DNA of 63,244 nt, counting the filler, from Octopus bimaculoides (Eukaryota), in NCBI RefSeq assembly GCF_001194135.2. It is 11 parts of 9 records of this genome, joined end to end, with 100 filler letters (N's around TTAATTAATTAA, not from the genome) between each part and the next. Parts side by side here need not be neighbours in the genome. Positions count along the whole stretch, not along the records: positions 9,753 to 16,290 come from NC_069006.1; positions 16,391 to 27,193 come from NC_068991.1; 9 more parts are not named here. The stretch is one strand, 5' to 3'. Positions within the stretch are counted from its first letter, which is position 1, and every line of letters starts with the position of its first letter. Below are positions 13,930-26,599 of the stretch, one piece after another. Made by a program: the position numbers and the translations under genes. The notes under the pieces are model-generated. The model was given only the letters and a program-made list of their open reading frames with translations. It was not told the DNA's origin and made no database searches.

Positions 13930-14325
13930 TTTTTTAATTATTAGAAATCTTCTACTAAGGAGGGAACCGGTTTCCAACAAAGACACAAGGCTCCATCTTT
14001 GGGATGTAGTTAACACAGACAAATTCACATTTGGAACTTGAGAAAAGTCTTGCATATTTTTATTGTTCCACTCACTGATTGCACTTATAATGTACGAATT
14101 TGCCGGTCGATTTTTCTTTCTGAAAATCCCAGTTTATCCAGATTCTCCTTTAAGCATTTACTAACAAAACTTAGTGCTCCAATTATTATTGGTATGAATA
14201 TGAATTCATAGTCTGGATATAGAAGCTGGAGGTTTCGAAGCAGATGTCTATAGATATCCTCTTTTTCTTTGATTTTTCAAAGAGATATTTATATCTGCGG
14301 GGCAGCTGACCTCTATGATTGTCTC
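13930..14325 (-). mobile_element. RLE-type LINE 3' end
   Basis: Frameshifted IIEVSCPAD.N...KEKEDIY..L...LQLLYPDYEFIFIPIIIGAL, ending KICKTFLKFQM* at about 14024, then a 3' UTR. Confidence 0.7.
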
Positions 14326-14335
14326 CCTTTCGCCG

Positions 14336-15830
14336 CTATTCGTAATTGGCCCTGTTGGCATGTGGATACCAGGACGCCAGCAGGAATTTCCTGAAGTGCA
14401 AGCAAGGTTCGAAGACTTCTGTCCTGGATTTAAGGATATTCCCTGGATCGAGTGTGTCTTTAATATTCTCGTCCGTTTGACTATGCACAGTTTACAACGC
14501 TTGGTCCTATTTATCTAGGGGCCTAGATTTTCTAGGACCTTACGTATAGAGTTCTGTCGTATTCCAGCCGCCATACATAGCTGGCTAAGGACGTAGCGTA
14601 TCTCCTTTCCGGAATACAGAAAGAGGATCTGTGGTTGGAGACTCGCTGCTTGAACGTGTTACCGGAACATCCGATATATCTCTGTGTGCGTGTGTTGGCG
14701 ATGCTGTTTCTGTTTATATCGACGCTGCTGCTGCCGCTGTTGTTGGTGCTAGTGTTGCTGGTGTTGGCATCGTTAAAGCTGGCGTTGGTGTTGATGTTGC
14801 TGCCAGTGCCGTTAATACTGGCGTAGGGCACATCATCGTTGGTGGCGCTGTTATTGGTACTGTTGGTAGTGTTATAGCCATCGACGTTGGTGTTGTTGGA
14901 ACTGTTCTCGGTGCTATCGTGGTGGCTGAAGTTATCGCTGTTATTATTATCATTGGCGATGGTGTTGCTGCTATTTCTGTTCGGGATGCTGCTGTTGTTG
15001 TTATTGTTATCGCTGCGATGGTGCTGCTGCTATTTCTGTTCGGGATGCTGCTGTTGTTGTTATTGTTATCGCTGCGATGGTGCTGCTGCTGTTTCTGTTT
15101 GTTACTGTTATTCCAGCTACTGTAGTAGTCGTTGGGAAAGCTGTTGCTGTTGCTGCTGTTGCTACTGTTACTAGGGTCGGTTGTCACCTCAGCTTCATAG
15201 ACGACTCCCTTGGTTTCGCAACGGCCTCCCACTGTACATCTGTTGTAGACCCTGCATGAGCATCCCGCCTCCGCTCGTGGCCTAGGAGTGTTAACTAGAA
15301 TGCTCTTAATATCGGGGGCGCAGCTAAAAGAGACCCTTAGGTTGTGTCTGTTAAACATGCGTCCGTTTCGAGGATATACAATCCGATGAGGTCGCGTGCA
15401 TCAGCTCTGTCTTAGGCTCCCATCGCTACGTCAAAAGAGCCTACGGGGTCGGATTGCTTGACCCAGGTCGAAACTTTATTGAACAGCACTGTTTTCCTGG
15501 CATGTATAATGACATCTATGTCCCTGTCGCTAATGTCAATGAAACCACTAATGAAGGAAAGTGCCTTAACCAGTAACCCTTTCGATAAAGACGAATAAAA
15601 ATCGAACTGGCTGAACCTTGCTCTGCCTCTCCTCTTGTTGGTATTAAACCATGCAATCACCTTGCTTGTGCTAAAGGGAGAGGTTAGTGGCTCTCCTTGT
15701 GTCGTTTTTGATGTTCCTCAATATGTGTTTGCTCGCCAGACCGATCTCGGATTTGGCCGAGTTGATCAGGCGGCATTTGGGGTTCGAGACAAAGTTCGGT
15801 TTATGGCCTTTTATAGTAATTTATAAGAAT
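14336..15830 (-). mobile_element. Penelope-like element (RT N-part, internal deletion, GIY-YIG with low-complexity insert)
   Basis: HKPNF..NPKCRLINSAKSEIG, FD.AMGA, GVVYEAEV, RYIGC...FKQR..NH..SF, RCKLC and R.E...C.H..KFLL. The catalytic YxDD region is deleted near 15360. Confidence 0.85.
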
Positions 15831-16015
15831 GGGGTGAATCATTATATATATATATTCGTGAATATACTTGTACTCATAAAATGGCTGTCTATTTAGTCCA
15901 CGCGCGCACGCGCGCACACTTCTTAACCACATGGTTCCGGATTCAGTCCCACTGTGTGACACCTTGGACAGTGGCTTCCACTATAGCCACGGGCCGACCG
16001 AAGCCTTTTGAGTTT

Positions 16016-16058
<43 letters not shown>

Positions 16059-16810
16059 GAGAGAGAGAGAGGGGGGAGGGAGAGAGAAATGAATGATACG
16101 AAGGGTAATATAGTCGAAGTTCTAATTGTTGCTGATGGTAGGTGAGAAGAGAGGTGAGAGGGGTCGGGTGTTGAATGACGGCGTTAAATGATGTCTTTTG
16201 ATGTTGCTTCGTGTTATCTCCTCCCTCTCTCTCTCTCTGCTCACTGGTCCTGCTAGAAATAGTAGCCAAATCTCATTTAAATTATATTTTNNNNNNNNNN
16301 NNNNNNNNNNNNNNNNNNNNNNNNNNNNNNNNNNTTAATTAATTAANNNNNNNNNNNNNNNNNNNNNNNNNNNNNNNNNNNNNNNNNNNNTTTTTTTTTT
16401 TTTTTTTTCTTTCTCACTTAATACATTGCCATAAAATTATCTCCAGAATACAATACTGTCACAACCATTGTGACACCCCTGTTTTGTGAAAAAAAAAAAG
16501 TGATGCTTTGCAAAGTTGCAAAACTCTATTCCACCATTTGATAGCAAATGAACTCCCTTAAAGTTAAGGATTGAAAATGTAAAAAAAAACAAAACAAATA
16601 AATGAGAATTTCCTTCTTTCCTTAACTTATTTGATTTATTCCTTATTAATAAAACACCCCTCAGATTGATACCAGTCATACCCTGGGTATAATCAATCTA
16701 CAACGTACTTTTATATATTTCCTTCAGAATGGTAGTATTCTTCCCAGACAACTTTATTGTGGAGACTTGACTGGAAGAGGGGGTAGAGCAAGACAAAAAG
16801 GAGTGAAATT

Positions 16811-16951
16811 TCAAGAAGCTGGCTTAGGGGTTAGTGCTGACGAAGATGATGATGGATTTGGGTTTGTCATGGCTATTCTCGCCTCTTCACAAAGTGCTGA
16901 CAGTTGAGTGAATCCATGCAGTGTTTTACTATCAAAACCAAACGATTCCAC
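16811..16951 (-). CDS. COG2: COG2 terminal coding exon (VESFGFDSKTLHGFTQLSALCEEAR...PAS*)
   Basis: Acceptor tttcag. 47 codons ending TGA, phase 0 matching the previous donor. Position and length fit the COG2 C-terminus. An AT-rich putative 3' UTR follows toward about 16390. Confidence 0.8.
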   Translation of the reverse strand: MESFGFDSKTLHGFTQLSALCEEARIAMTNPNPSSSSSALTPKPAS

Positions 16952-17114
16952 CTGAAATGAAAATGTTTGGAATATCTTATTGTAATATGTGGTTAGGAAA
17001 AGTGTGACAGTAATATGGTTAGTAATGTGGTTAGAAAATTGTGTTACAGTAATATGATGGTTAGAATATCATGTAAGTGTAGCATGTAGTCTAGAAAAAT
17101 GTGACAGTGAGATC

Positions 17115-17268
17115 ATCATCATCATCATCGTTTAACGTCCGCTTCCCATGCTAGCATGGGTTGGACGATTTGACTGAGGGCTGGCAAGCCAGAAAGCTGC
17201 ACCAGGCTCCAATCTGATCTGGCAGAGTTTCTACAGCTGCTGGATGCCCTTCCTCACGCCAACCACTC
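17115..17268 (+). repeat. Third interspersed repeat family (catcatcatcgtttaacgtcc...) partial copy
   Basis: Homologous to 25580-25912 and 26046-26385. Confidence 0.8.
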
Positions 17269-19040
17269 CGAAGGATAATTGTATTACAAAGTAAAACGTT
17301 GAAGCCTATCTGAAGTGTTTTGGTATCAACACTACAATAGCAGTGAGTCTTACACAATATGGTACAATGGCATCACAGGGCGTTCTGCCTTAACATGTTA
17401 AAGGAGCTAAATGAGGTCATTTGACCTGCTAAAAACAACAGCCAATGACTAATGATGACAGAGTGGTGGTGCTGCTGTTGCAGTTGATGTAGTAATTTCA
17501 TACTGGAATTTGTACAGATGAGAGATATAGTAAACTGAATCAATCTCAGTATATTATTGGTATTTTATCAATGGCACAAGGATAAAAAACAAAATCAACA
17601 CTATTAAGATTTGAACTCAAAACAAACACCACTAAATATCTGAAAAGGCTCTCAGTCCACCACTTTACTGCTATGATTCCCACAAGCTCAGAGTAATCAC
17701 TCCAACTGAAGTAAAAACTGCTATTTGACTGGGTTAATATTAATGGTGTAATAAGGGGAGGCTTCACCCTACCATGATGCAATCATGAAAGGCTCCAAAT
17801 GCAAAAACAGAAACTAAAGCCATTTGCATACTGTACCAGAAATACAGGTAAGTACAAACCATAAGTATTATTTTTATTAGTCTGGAGGGAAAGCATTACC
17901 CATGATTTTTTACAAGGTCTCGAAGATTGGTGGGAAGAAGAGAGGAATGTATCCTCAAACCTGACATCTGACCAAAATGCTCACAATAAGGCAGACTTTG
18001 TTAAAGGCACTTTAAGTGCAAGGTGGTGATGTTTAACTGAGTAACTGGTTATATCTATGACAAATTTAAGACTTGACAGAATTTCAATTCAGAATGCAAA
18101 GTCCTGGAATAAATTAAGAAAGGTACCTGGTTCCATCAGTAAACTGCTCTGGGTTGATGCTTTTTTTTTTTATATACTGCATTTGTTTCAGTTAATTTTG
18201 AAAATTATGAAGAATTTAGTAAATTGACTTTGTCATAATTAAGCTGATGTTTGGGACATAATGTGAAATTTTAGTGGAATGTTTTAATTTAGGTAACATT
18301 AAAAAAAAAGGAACAAAGAACAGTCTCAGGTAGTTTGATATCAAAAAGGTTAAACAGATGGCAGAACAATCTTCACAAGGGATTTGGTTAATAACCAGAT
18401 CCATTTTACACATTATAACAGTTAAGATTAATTTCTTTTGAATGGGTACAAGGCCAAACATTTAGGGAAAATAATGAGGTTCATTAAATTATTCTGTATT
18501 TTATGGCATTTTATATCATTGTCCCTAGAGAAATTAGAGGATGAGTTAACTGTGACAAGAGTTGAACTCCTAACTGAGAAGTATACATATAACCCAATAC
18601 ACTGCTGTCACAGCCAGTTCTCACATCCAAACAATAATGATTTCTCATATCAGCACAACACCACCAATTTGCAGAAGGGGCTTTAGTTAATTGTTTTTTG
18701 TTTAATATATAAAGCAGGGAAGGCAGCATTCATTGCCTTTTTTATGGCTTCTGAGACTGATACCACAACTCCTGATTTGCTGCAGTAGGAAGCAATGCAT
18801 CAAGGTAGCCTCCTCAGACTGGGAGTTTGGTCTAAATTCTTGCAATATACACGGTTCCACTAAAGTTACCCAAGTGATGGTGTTGAAACAGACAAATGTT
18901 TAAATCTAGCATGAAGTAAACAATTAGTCTTTTTTTATTTTGTTACCTCTTCATTCAACCATAGAGGGATCAAAATCAAGACTTAAACGTCCATCCTACC
19001 CCCACCCAATAAAACAACAACAACAAAAAGTAAAATTTAC

Positions 19041-19212
19041 CTGTTGTGCATAGTGTTCAATGTCGATGATCAACTGCTGACGAATCTTGTCATCATCTGT
19101 CATACCTGGGAGACCAGTGCTCACACCTGTCCCACGAGCTTTCTTTAATCGCTTCAGGCTGTCTTCCATTTTCTTCACTGACGTCAACACATCTGATGTT
19201 GATGTGTAATAC
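19041..19212 (-). CDS. COG2: COG2 penultimate exon (YYTSTSDVLTSVKKMEDSLKRLKKAR...MTDDDKIRQQL)
   Basis: Acceptor ctgtag and donor gtaaat. 172 nt, phase 2 to 0. Hallmark COG2 C-terminal motifs SVKKMEESLKRLK and M(S/T)DDDKIR.QL. Confidence 0.95.
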
Positions 19213-19294
19213 CTACAGGGAAAATTAATTACCAAGAAGTATTCAGTTAGTAACATCATTTGATGATGAATATGGATGAGAAATAGCTATAGAG

Positions 19295-19585
19295 CAGGGG
19301 CTCTAAACCATTTTTTATCTATGGACCCTTTGATTACTATTTTATTCTGGTAGATCCCCATAGCCATTCGATGTTTAAAAACTAGCTTTATAGAAACTTG
19401 TGTAGGTTGAACTATGGAAAATGCTAGAGAAAGAAACCTAGCTGTTTCTTGCAGTACATACCAATACATACATCTAAAGCAAAATTTTTTCAGGGGCCCT
19501 AAAAATACTATTGTGGATCTCCAATTTACTATTTTGTTGCATGGACCCCCAAAAATCTTATATGGACCGCAGTTGAGAATCACTG
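19295..19585. mobile_element. hAT (Charlie-like) MITE in COG2 intron
   Basis: Imperfect CAG-starting TIRs (caggggctctaaac / gttgagaatcactg). Exact 8-bp TSD ctatagag at 19287-19294 and 19586-19593. Confidence 0.85.
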
Positions 19586-21072
19586 CTATAGAGGAATAAT
19601 CAAGCAATTTTGATAACATGGTATCACCTTCAGTTTCACTGTGCAGCACTTAGAGCAAATTATTTCTCCTAGAGCCATGAACCAACCTGTTGCATGCATA
19701 TATGTTATCATCATCATTTTAACATCCATATTTCCATGCTTGCATGGTTCATACATAATCACTGAGGCAGGTTTTCTATGGCTTGATGCCCTTCCTAAGC
19801 AAGATAACATTTCCCCATGGCCAGACAAAGGATGCTGCTTTTATGATGATAACATTCATTTGTAATCATTGCATGATATCAAGACGAAGAGACACACATA
19901 CATGCATGTGCACACACACACACACACACACACACGAATCCAATTCACATCAATCTTGCAGTCAGAGGCACACAGAGTTAAGCTTTGAGCTACAAGTGAG
20001 GAAACATTACCAAAATCTGAGTAATAATGGTTGCTTTTGATCAGGTACAAAGTTAATTTTTATAAAGCAGAGGCACAACATAGTAGTGTTTTCTACTGTA
20101 ACCCCAGGCCAAATAAACTTTGTAATAGATTTGTTAGAAAGAAGTTGATCTTATAAACGTGTGTGTTTCTCTCCTTGTATTGACATCACATGATAGTTGT
20201 AAATAAGTGTCACTGTCATACAAGCAATGTCATTCATTTCCTATCTTCTATGTAAACATGCCTGGCTATGGATGGATATGAGGGAACAGGTGACAGCTGG
20301 CAACAGGATAGGCATCTGACCACAGAAAATCTGCCTTGATGAATTCTATTTGACCCATGTAAGCATGGGAAAATAGATATTAATATGATGAGGATTATAA
20401 TGATGAAGATATTCTAACTCTGGAGCAAGATCCTGAATTTTGTTAGGAGAATACAGCCAATAAAATCAAGTCCAGCACTTGACTAGTGTTTATTTCATCT
20501 TCTTTTTTTCATTTATTTTATTTTATCTTTGTCAGACAAATGGAAGCCACAGTAAAATAATAATAATTTTTTTCCAGGGGTTGTTGAAATAAACATAATT
20601 AATATCATCTTTTTGAGTTTGTAGTCATTCATTATTGAAGATCACCAAGCTCAAATTGGCATATATGCCTGCTCTGGTTTTGCCTGGTCTTTGGGGTCTA
20701 GAAGTGATTTATAAGGCTTTTCTGGTTCAGGAATCCTTTACTATGTATAAAATATGTATAGGAAGGTGCAGCACTTAGGATGCTTTGTGGAGTGAATGAA
20801 ATAGTGACATAAAAGGTTTGATGCAACTGACTACATGCCAACTTTACATATGTGTGGTAATGTTCCTATGTATTATATAATCATCGTCATTTTTATGAAA
20901 TAAATGGAATTGATCCAATCAAACATATAACTGCTTTCCTTTGTACAAGAAAATGACTTTTTGCTTGAGAAATTAATCAATAAATAAGATCATACTTGAG
21001 AAAACAATATTGAGTATAAGGAGAAAGTAATGAACAGCAAATGAACTATTAAAACAAAGAAATTTAACATAC

Positions 21073-21209
21073 TGTTGAGCAAGATTCTCCAAGACTTGCT
21101 TAGCTATGGCTTGCTTCCTGCTTTCACTTAGTATAGCTTTATGTTCACTAAAAAACATGTTGAGTGGCTTAAACAAACCAGTGGTGTATGAAGATGTTTT
21201 GGTCGGGAC
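21073..21209 (-). CDS. COG2: COG2 internal exon (VPTKTSSYTTGLFKPLNMFF...VLENLAQ)
   Basis: Acceptor ttctag and donor gtatgt. 137 nt, phase 0 to 2. Matches COG2 VPTTASSYV..ALKPL and overlaps ORF 20973..21176. Confidence 0.9.
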
Positions 21210-22045
21210 CTAGAAAGGTAAGAAAATTTTTTTAAATTTAAAAAGTAGATGTCTTTTAATCACTTGGAGTAGTTGCATTAACAGGATATTGCAACAACTA
21301 GCCCTGATTCAATGGTTGAAATCAATGTCATTTATACCATATTGTGTCCATAGCCAAAAAACTGAGGCAACCAGCTGAGAATTTGATGGTTTATATCAAT
21401 ATCACTTATATTGTGTCCATAACCAAGAAACTTAACAATAATAACTAGTTCTGCAGTAATTCATCTCTGATCACTCTAGCAAACATCATGGTTCAATTTC
21501 TGTCCTCCTATCTTAAGAGTATTTTTTAGCTAGGATTTTATTAGTGTTAACTCATTATTCCATAACCAGTATTAATGTTTTATTCATAAATCCATGTACT
21601 ACCCATTCATAAGAGAGATGACTGAATGTATAACAATTAATCTCAGACTGGCAAGTAGACAAAGTCTCAAATATATCTCTCATCACTGTGTTTTTAAGTA
21701 TATCTTTCTGCATGGTGTTGTTTAGATTTTAAGACCAAGGTTACTAGTCTTAACTCTTCTTTTCATGACAAAACTCACTGTCCTCTAAATCCATCATAAC
21801 AGATCACTCTTTGACAAAATCCTTATCTCTGTGATTTTATTATCATAAAAATACTTCCTTAGATTATTTCAGTGTCACAGCTCTCTACACTGTTCTATAG
21901 ATTTTAACATCATTGATAGATTACAACCTAAAGAAATAAGGAATTTTTATACAGTTAATTAAAAAGTTAAAAAGTCACATTATGAGGAGCCTTCGTTAAC
22001 CAAGGACTCACTGTATCATACCAATAAAAAATAAACTTCCTTTAC

Positions 22046-22191
22046 CTCTCTGTTTGTCCGCCGAAACAAACGAGGAATATCTGCCACTTGCTTCAGGTGA
22101 ACACTACACTGACAGGTTAATTCTTGAATAACGGAGTTTTGAAACTTTGGCACGTTACACAACACATTTGTCTGAGAGTCATTAAATGCAT
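22046..22191 (-). CDS. COG2: COG2 internal exon (AFNDSQTNVL...VADIPRLFRRTNRE)
   Basis: Acceptor ttgcag and donor gtaaag. 146 nt, phase 1 to 0. Contains the COG2 motif (V/I)PRL(Y/F)RRTN(K/R)E. Confidence 0.92.
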
Positions 22192-22564
22192 CTGCAAGAC
22201 AAAACAGAAGTCAGGATGATCAGGTACAAAATCTAAAGACAGTTTTTAAAGGTTACAAACAAAAGTCAAATTAAAAGTGTCCTTCTCTCCCTTCCACACT
22301 CATTTATTACCAGATGCAAAGACAAAGTACACAAATATATGGTGATTCTACAAGTACCTTTAGTATTTCAAGGATTTATAAAAATCCTTTTCTTTCTCTT
22401 ATTGTTACAATTTACTTTTCATATATTTTTGATATTATCTGCTGCTGGTGTCAGTGTGTTTTGTATATTTAGAAAAATGTCCAAATTAAAGGATGAAAAA
22501 TGTTCATTATTTTAAAAGTGATACTATATTGTATGTAGTATGCATATATATATAAATATATACA

Positions 22565-23830
22565 CACAGACATGCAGGAAGTAAATAGACACCTTTAATT
22601 TTCAAAATCTTTTATTTAATATGCAAAGCAAACAATTGAAATGCAATCGATAAGTAGGACTACATACTTTGGTATTTAGTTTGCAGTTTTTAATTAAGAA
22701 ACTCTTTTTGGCATTGAACTGATGAGCTTTGTGATTGTCTCTTGTGGAATTTCTGCCCACTTTTCATGCAACAATCGAAGCAATTCATCTTTAGATTTAG
22801 GTTTCTGTTGAGTTTTTGGTATAGCTCTATCTAGTATGTTCCAAAGATTTTCAATTGGGCTCAGGTCAGGAGATTAGCTCAGCCAAGGAAGCTTTTTGAT
22901 CCCATTTTCAGTCAGCCATTGTTGATTCCTTTTCGCTGTGTGGCATGGAGCCCCATCTTCCATGAATAAAAACTCATTTTTCATTATGTCATCATGTGAA
23001 TACATCAGAAGTAGTCCTTGCTTAAGTATTTCAATGTATTTTTCAGAGTTTATGGTTCCAACACATTCGATCAGCTCAGAACGACCATTGCTGGTGACAG
23101 CTCCCCATACCATTACAGAGATACAGCCATGTTTCACAGTTGGTTGGAGTCGTTTCAAATCGAATTCTTGATTAGGAAGCCTCCAGACCCAAACATGTCC
23201 ACTGTCTGAAAATAATGCAAATCTGGATCCATCTGAGAAAATCACTCGATCCCAAAATAAACAGGATTTTTCTGGCATCTCGTTAGCCCATTTCTTTCTT
23301 TTCATGATATTAATTGGTTGAAGGAGAGGTTTTCTTCTAGCTTCTCGTCCACAATACCCAAGCTTATGCAGATATGTAACACACGTTCTTGGACTAACTG
23401 CTAGCTGTTTTGCAATGTCAGAAGCCTTCGAACAGGGTTCGTTTTCCACAGTTCTCTTTAAACAGCGAAGCTTCCTTTCTGAGGGCCCAGGTTGGCCGGG
23501 ACAAGAATCTGTTGATTCTTTTCCTTGGTTTTTGAATTGCACTATAATTCTATTAACAGTAGCAAGAGGAATTTGAAGATTTTTGGCAATTTTTCGCTAG
23601 CTAAGACCAGCCTCAGATTGCCCAACAATACAACCTCTTGGAAAATCTGACAGTTCTGCTGAATTTTTTGTGCATGGCATGGTTACTCTTCACAAATGTA
23701 AAATATAATGGCACCTGGGAAGAAAAAGAATAATTACATTGTAAATTCTATACTGCTGAAAACATATTAAGACACTTAGATCAGAAATTTTGAAAATTCA
23801 AGGTGTCGATTTACTTCCTGCATGTCTATG
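22565..23830 (-). mobile_element. Tc1-family (DD34E) transposon, full length but inactivated, in COG2 intron
   Basis: About 45-bp TIRs (agacatgcaggaagtaaat.gacacctt.aattttcaaaat). Transposase starts ATG 23680 with FSD, VWG, EDGAPCH and SPDLSPIENLW motifs, 34 residues between the second D and E. Premature stops at about 23600 and 22874. Confidence 0.93.
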
Positions 23831-23862
23831 TATGTGTGTGTGTGTGTATGTATATATATATA

Positions 23863-24071
23863 TACTCTTTACTCTTTTATTTGTTTCAGTCATTTGACTG
23901 CGGCCATGCTGGAGCACCGCCTTTAGTCGAGCAAATCGACCCCAGGACTTATTCTTTGTAAGCCTAGTACTTATTCTATCGGTCTCTTTTCACCGAACCA
24001 CTAAGTTACGGAGACATAAACACACCAGCATCGGTTGTGAAGCGATGGTGGGGGGACAAACACAGACACAC

Positions 24072-24116
<45 letters not shown>

Positions 24117-24282
24117 TACGACACGCTTCTTTCAGTTTCCGTCTACCAAATCCACTCACAAGGCTTTGGTCGGCCCAAGGCTATAATAGAAGACACTTGC
24201 CCAAGATACCACGCAGTGGGATTGAAACCTGGAACCATGTGGTTGGTAAGCAAGCTACTTACCACACAGCCACTCCTACGCT
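23863..24282 (-). mobile_element. Major SINE, full length
   Basis: Head, core, internal (AT)n and actctttt tail all present. Confidence 0.92.
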
Positions 24283-24450
24283 TATATAGATTTATATATG
24301 TAAGGGTGTGGATTCTACCAATCCACAGCCTGTGAGTTCTACTAATCTACTGCCTAGTATATCAATATATTGATAACAGATACTATACCAGAGGACATAA
24401 ATATTTACTCTCATTTAATAATCATTAACTGTACTGAGTTATACATTTAC

Positions 24451-24526
24451 CTTTTATTAAATCTATATTTTGATACCCAATGGATTCCAATTTTGGTCTG
24501 ATATCTTTCTCAAACATAGGGAAAAT
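24451..24526 (-). CDS. COG2: COG2 internal exon (IFPMFEKDIRPKLESIGYQNIDLIK-D)
   Basis: Acceptor tttcag and donor gtaaat on the minus strand. 76 nt, phase 0 to 1, splicing in frame to the 22191 exon. The translation resembles recalled human COG2 LPELLEIIKPKLEMIGFKNF. Confidence 0.8.
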
Positions 24527-24796
24527 CTGAAAGGATAACATAAGTAAAACTGTATAAGATTATAAATAACAAAATTTATGAATTAGGTTCACTTATGTAT
24601 GAAGGGCAATGTTGTAGATCAGCATATCATGGCCACTGAATGCAGAATGTGTGTGTGGGCTGAATATAAATGAGGCAAGCTTGCTCTACTGGACTGTAAA
24701 CTTAATGTGTATGAATGATGGAACACAAATGAGGATAAGAGAAATCAGATGTAATGTGCAAAAGAGAAGACTGAGGTAGTATGGATCTGTGTAGAG

Positions 24797-25053
24797 CAGG
24801 GGTTTTCAAACTTTTTGACTTGCGGACCCCTTTATATTTCAGGCTTTACCTTAGGGACCCCCTTATAAACGCTTATGAAATTTATACATAAATATCTGCT
24901 TAAAATAACATATATTTTTGCATTTATTTATTTAACAGCATTTAACAAATAGGTTTATTGTCAATTAAAAGATTTCGATTAAAAAACATATATAAAATCA
25001 AATTGCCCATAAAAAGTATTTGCTGTCCACGGACCACAGTTTGAAAACCCCTG
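24797..25053. mobile_element. hAT MITE inserted in an old LINE remnant
   Basis: Perfect 15-bp TIR caggggttttcaaac and 8-bp TSD gtgtagag (24789-24796, 25054-25061). The flanks translate as MRIREIRCNVQKRRLR*YG..NDSWIKKC, resembling a LINE C-terminus. Confidence 0.9.
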
Positions 25054-25579
25054 GTGTAGAGAATGACAGTTGGATAAAGAAATGCCATATGATCTTAATA
25101 AAGAAACCTGTGAAAGAAGAAAAAGTGCATGAAAAACATNNNNNNNNNNNNNNNNNNNNNNNNNNNNNNNNNNNNNNNNNNNNNNNNNNNNNNNNNNNNN
25201 NNNNNNNNNNNNNNNNNNNNNNNNNNNNNNNNNNNNNNNNNNNNNNNNNNNNNNNNNNNNNNNNNNNNNNNNNNNNNNNNNNNNNNNNNNNNNNNNNNNN
25301 NNNNNNNNNNNNNNNNNNNNNNNNNNNNNNNNNNNNNNNNNNNNNNNNNNNNNNNNNNNNNNNNNNNNNNNNNNNNNNNNNNNNNNNNNNNNNNNNNNNN
25401 NNNNNNNNNNNNNNNNNNNNNNNNNNNNNNNNNNNNNNNNNNNNNNNNNNNNNNNNNNNNNNNNNNNNNNNNNNNNNNNNNNNNNNNNNNNNNNNNNNNN
25501 NNNNNNNNNNNNNNNNNNNNNNNNNNNNNNNNNNNNNNNNNNNNNNNNNNNNNNNNNNNNNNNNNNNNNNNNNNNNNNN

Positions 25580-26385
25580 TGGGTTGGACGATTTGACTGA
25601 GGACTGGTGGACCAGATGGCTACACCAGGCTCCAATCTGATTCGGCAGAGTTTCTACAGCTGGATGCCCTTCCTAACGCCAACCACTCCGAGAGTGTAGT
25701 GGGTGCTTTTACGTGCCACCGGCATGAAGGCCAGTCAGGCGGTACTGGCAACGGCCACGCTCGAAATGGTGTATTTTACGTGCCACCTGCACAGAAGCCA
25801 GTCCAGTGGCACTGGCAATGATCTCGCTCGAATGTCTTTTCACGTGCCACTGGCACAAGTGCCAGGAAGGTGACGTTGGTAACGATCATGCTCAAATGGT
25901 GCTATTTACGTGCATGAATAATAATATTGATTTCTTTTTACTGGTGGGGTGGTCATGATTGGAACATCTTTGAATATAGCTCTGCTAGATCAGGACTGAC
26001 TAACAACAAATAATAATTTCTTTTTGACTCAGTACACAACCAATATATGTGGCTCCTGTGCAGGTGACACGTAAAATACACCATTTTGAGCGTGGCCGTT
26101 GCCAGTACCGCCTGACTAGCCTTCATGCCGGTGGCACGTAAAAGCACCTACTACACTCTCTGAGTGGTTGGCGTTAGGAAGGGCATCCAGCTGTAGAAAC
26201 TCTGCCAAATCAGNNNNNNNNNNCTCTCTGAGTGGTTGGCGTTAGGAAGGGCATCCAGCTGTAGAAACTCTGCCAAATCAGATTGGAGCCTGGTGTAGCC
26301 ATCTGGTTCACCAGTCCTCAGTCAAATCGTCCAGCCCATGCTAGCATGGAAAGCGGACGTTAAACGACGATGATGATGATGATGA
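25580..26385. repeat. Tail-to-tail inverted pair of the third repeat family (25580-25912 +, 26046-26385 -)
   Basis: Direct comparison shows about 220 bp of high identity in opposite orientation. Confidence 0.9.
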
Positions 26386-26599
26386 AAGATGGTACATAAG
26401 ATAAAGTAGTCCCAGATATATTATGTCTGCGATGGTCACAGCTGGAACAACTTTGATCATAGGTTTTGCTGGATCAGGCTGAGCAGGGTCTAAACAACAT
26501 TGTCACAGGAATAAAAATGCAATGTTGACCCTAGCAAAAAAAGACAGAAATAAATACTACAAGATATTTAACCCAACTCATCACACTATATATATATAT

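Noticed and set aside
22600-23680. Tc1 transposase as a possibly active or domesticated gene
   Set aside because: At least two premature stops and an altered first catalytic motif (FSDGS).
25700-25912. Four spaced copies of tttacgtgccac resembling a CRISPR-like array
   Set aside because: Internal subrepeats of a dispersed eukaryotic repeat. Spacers are related to each other, and no cas genes are present.
26150-26285. Tandem duplication around a 10-N gap, and a similar one at about 11280-11560
   Set aside because: Typical unmerged contig overlap.
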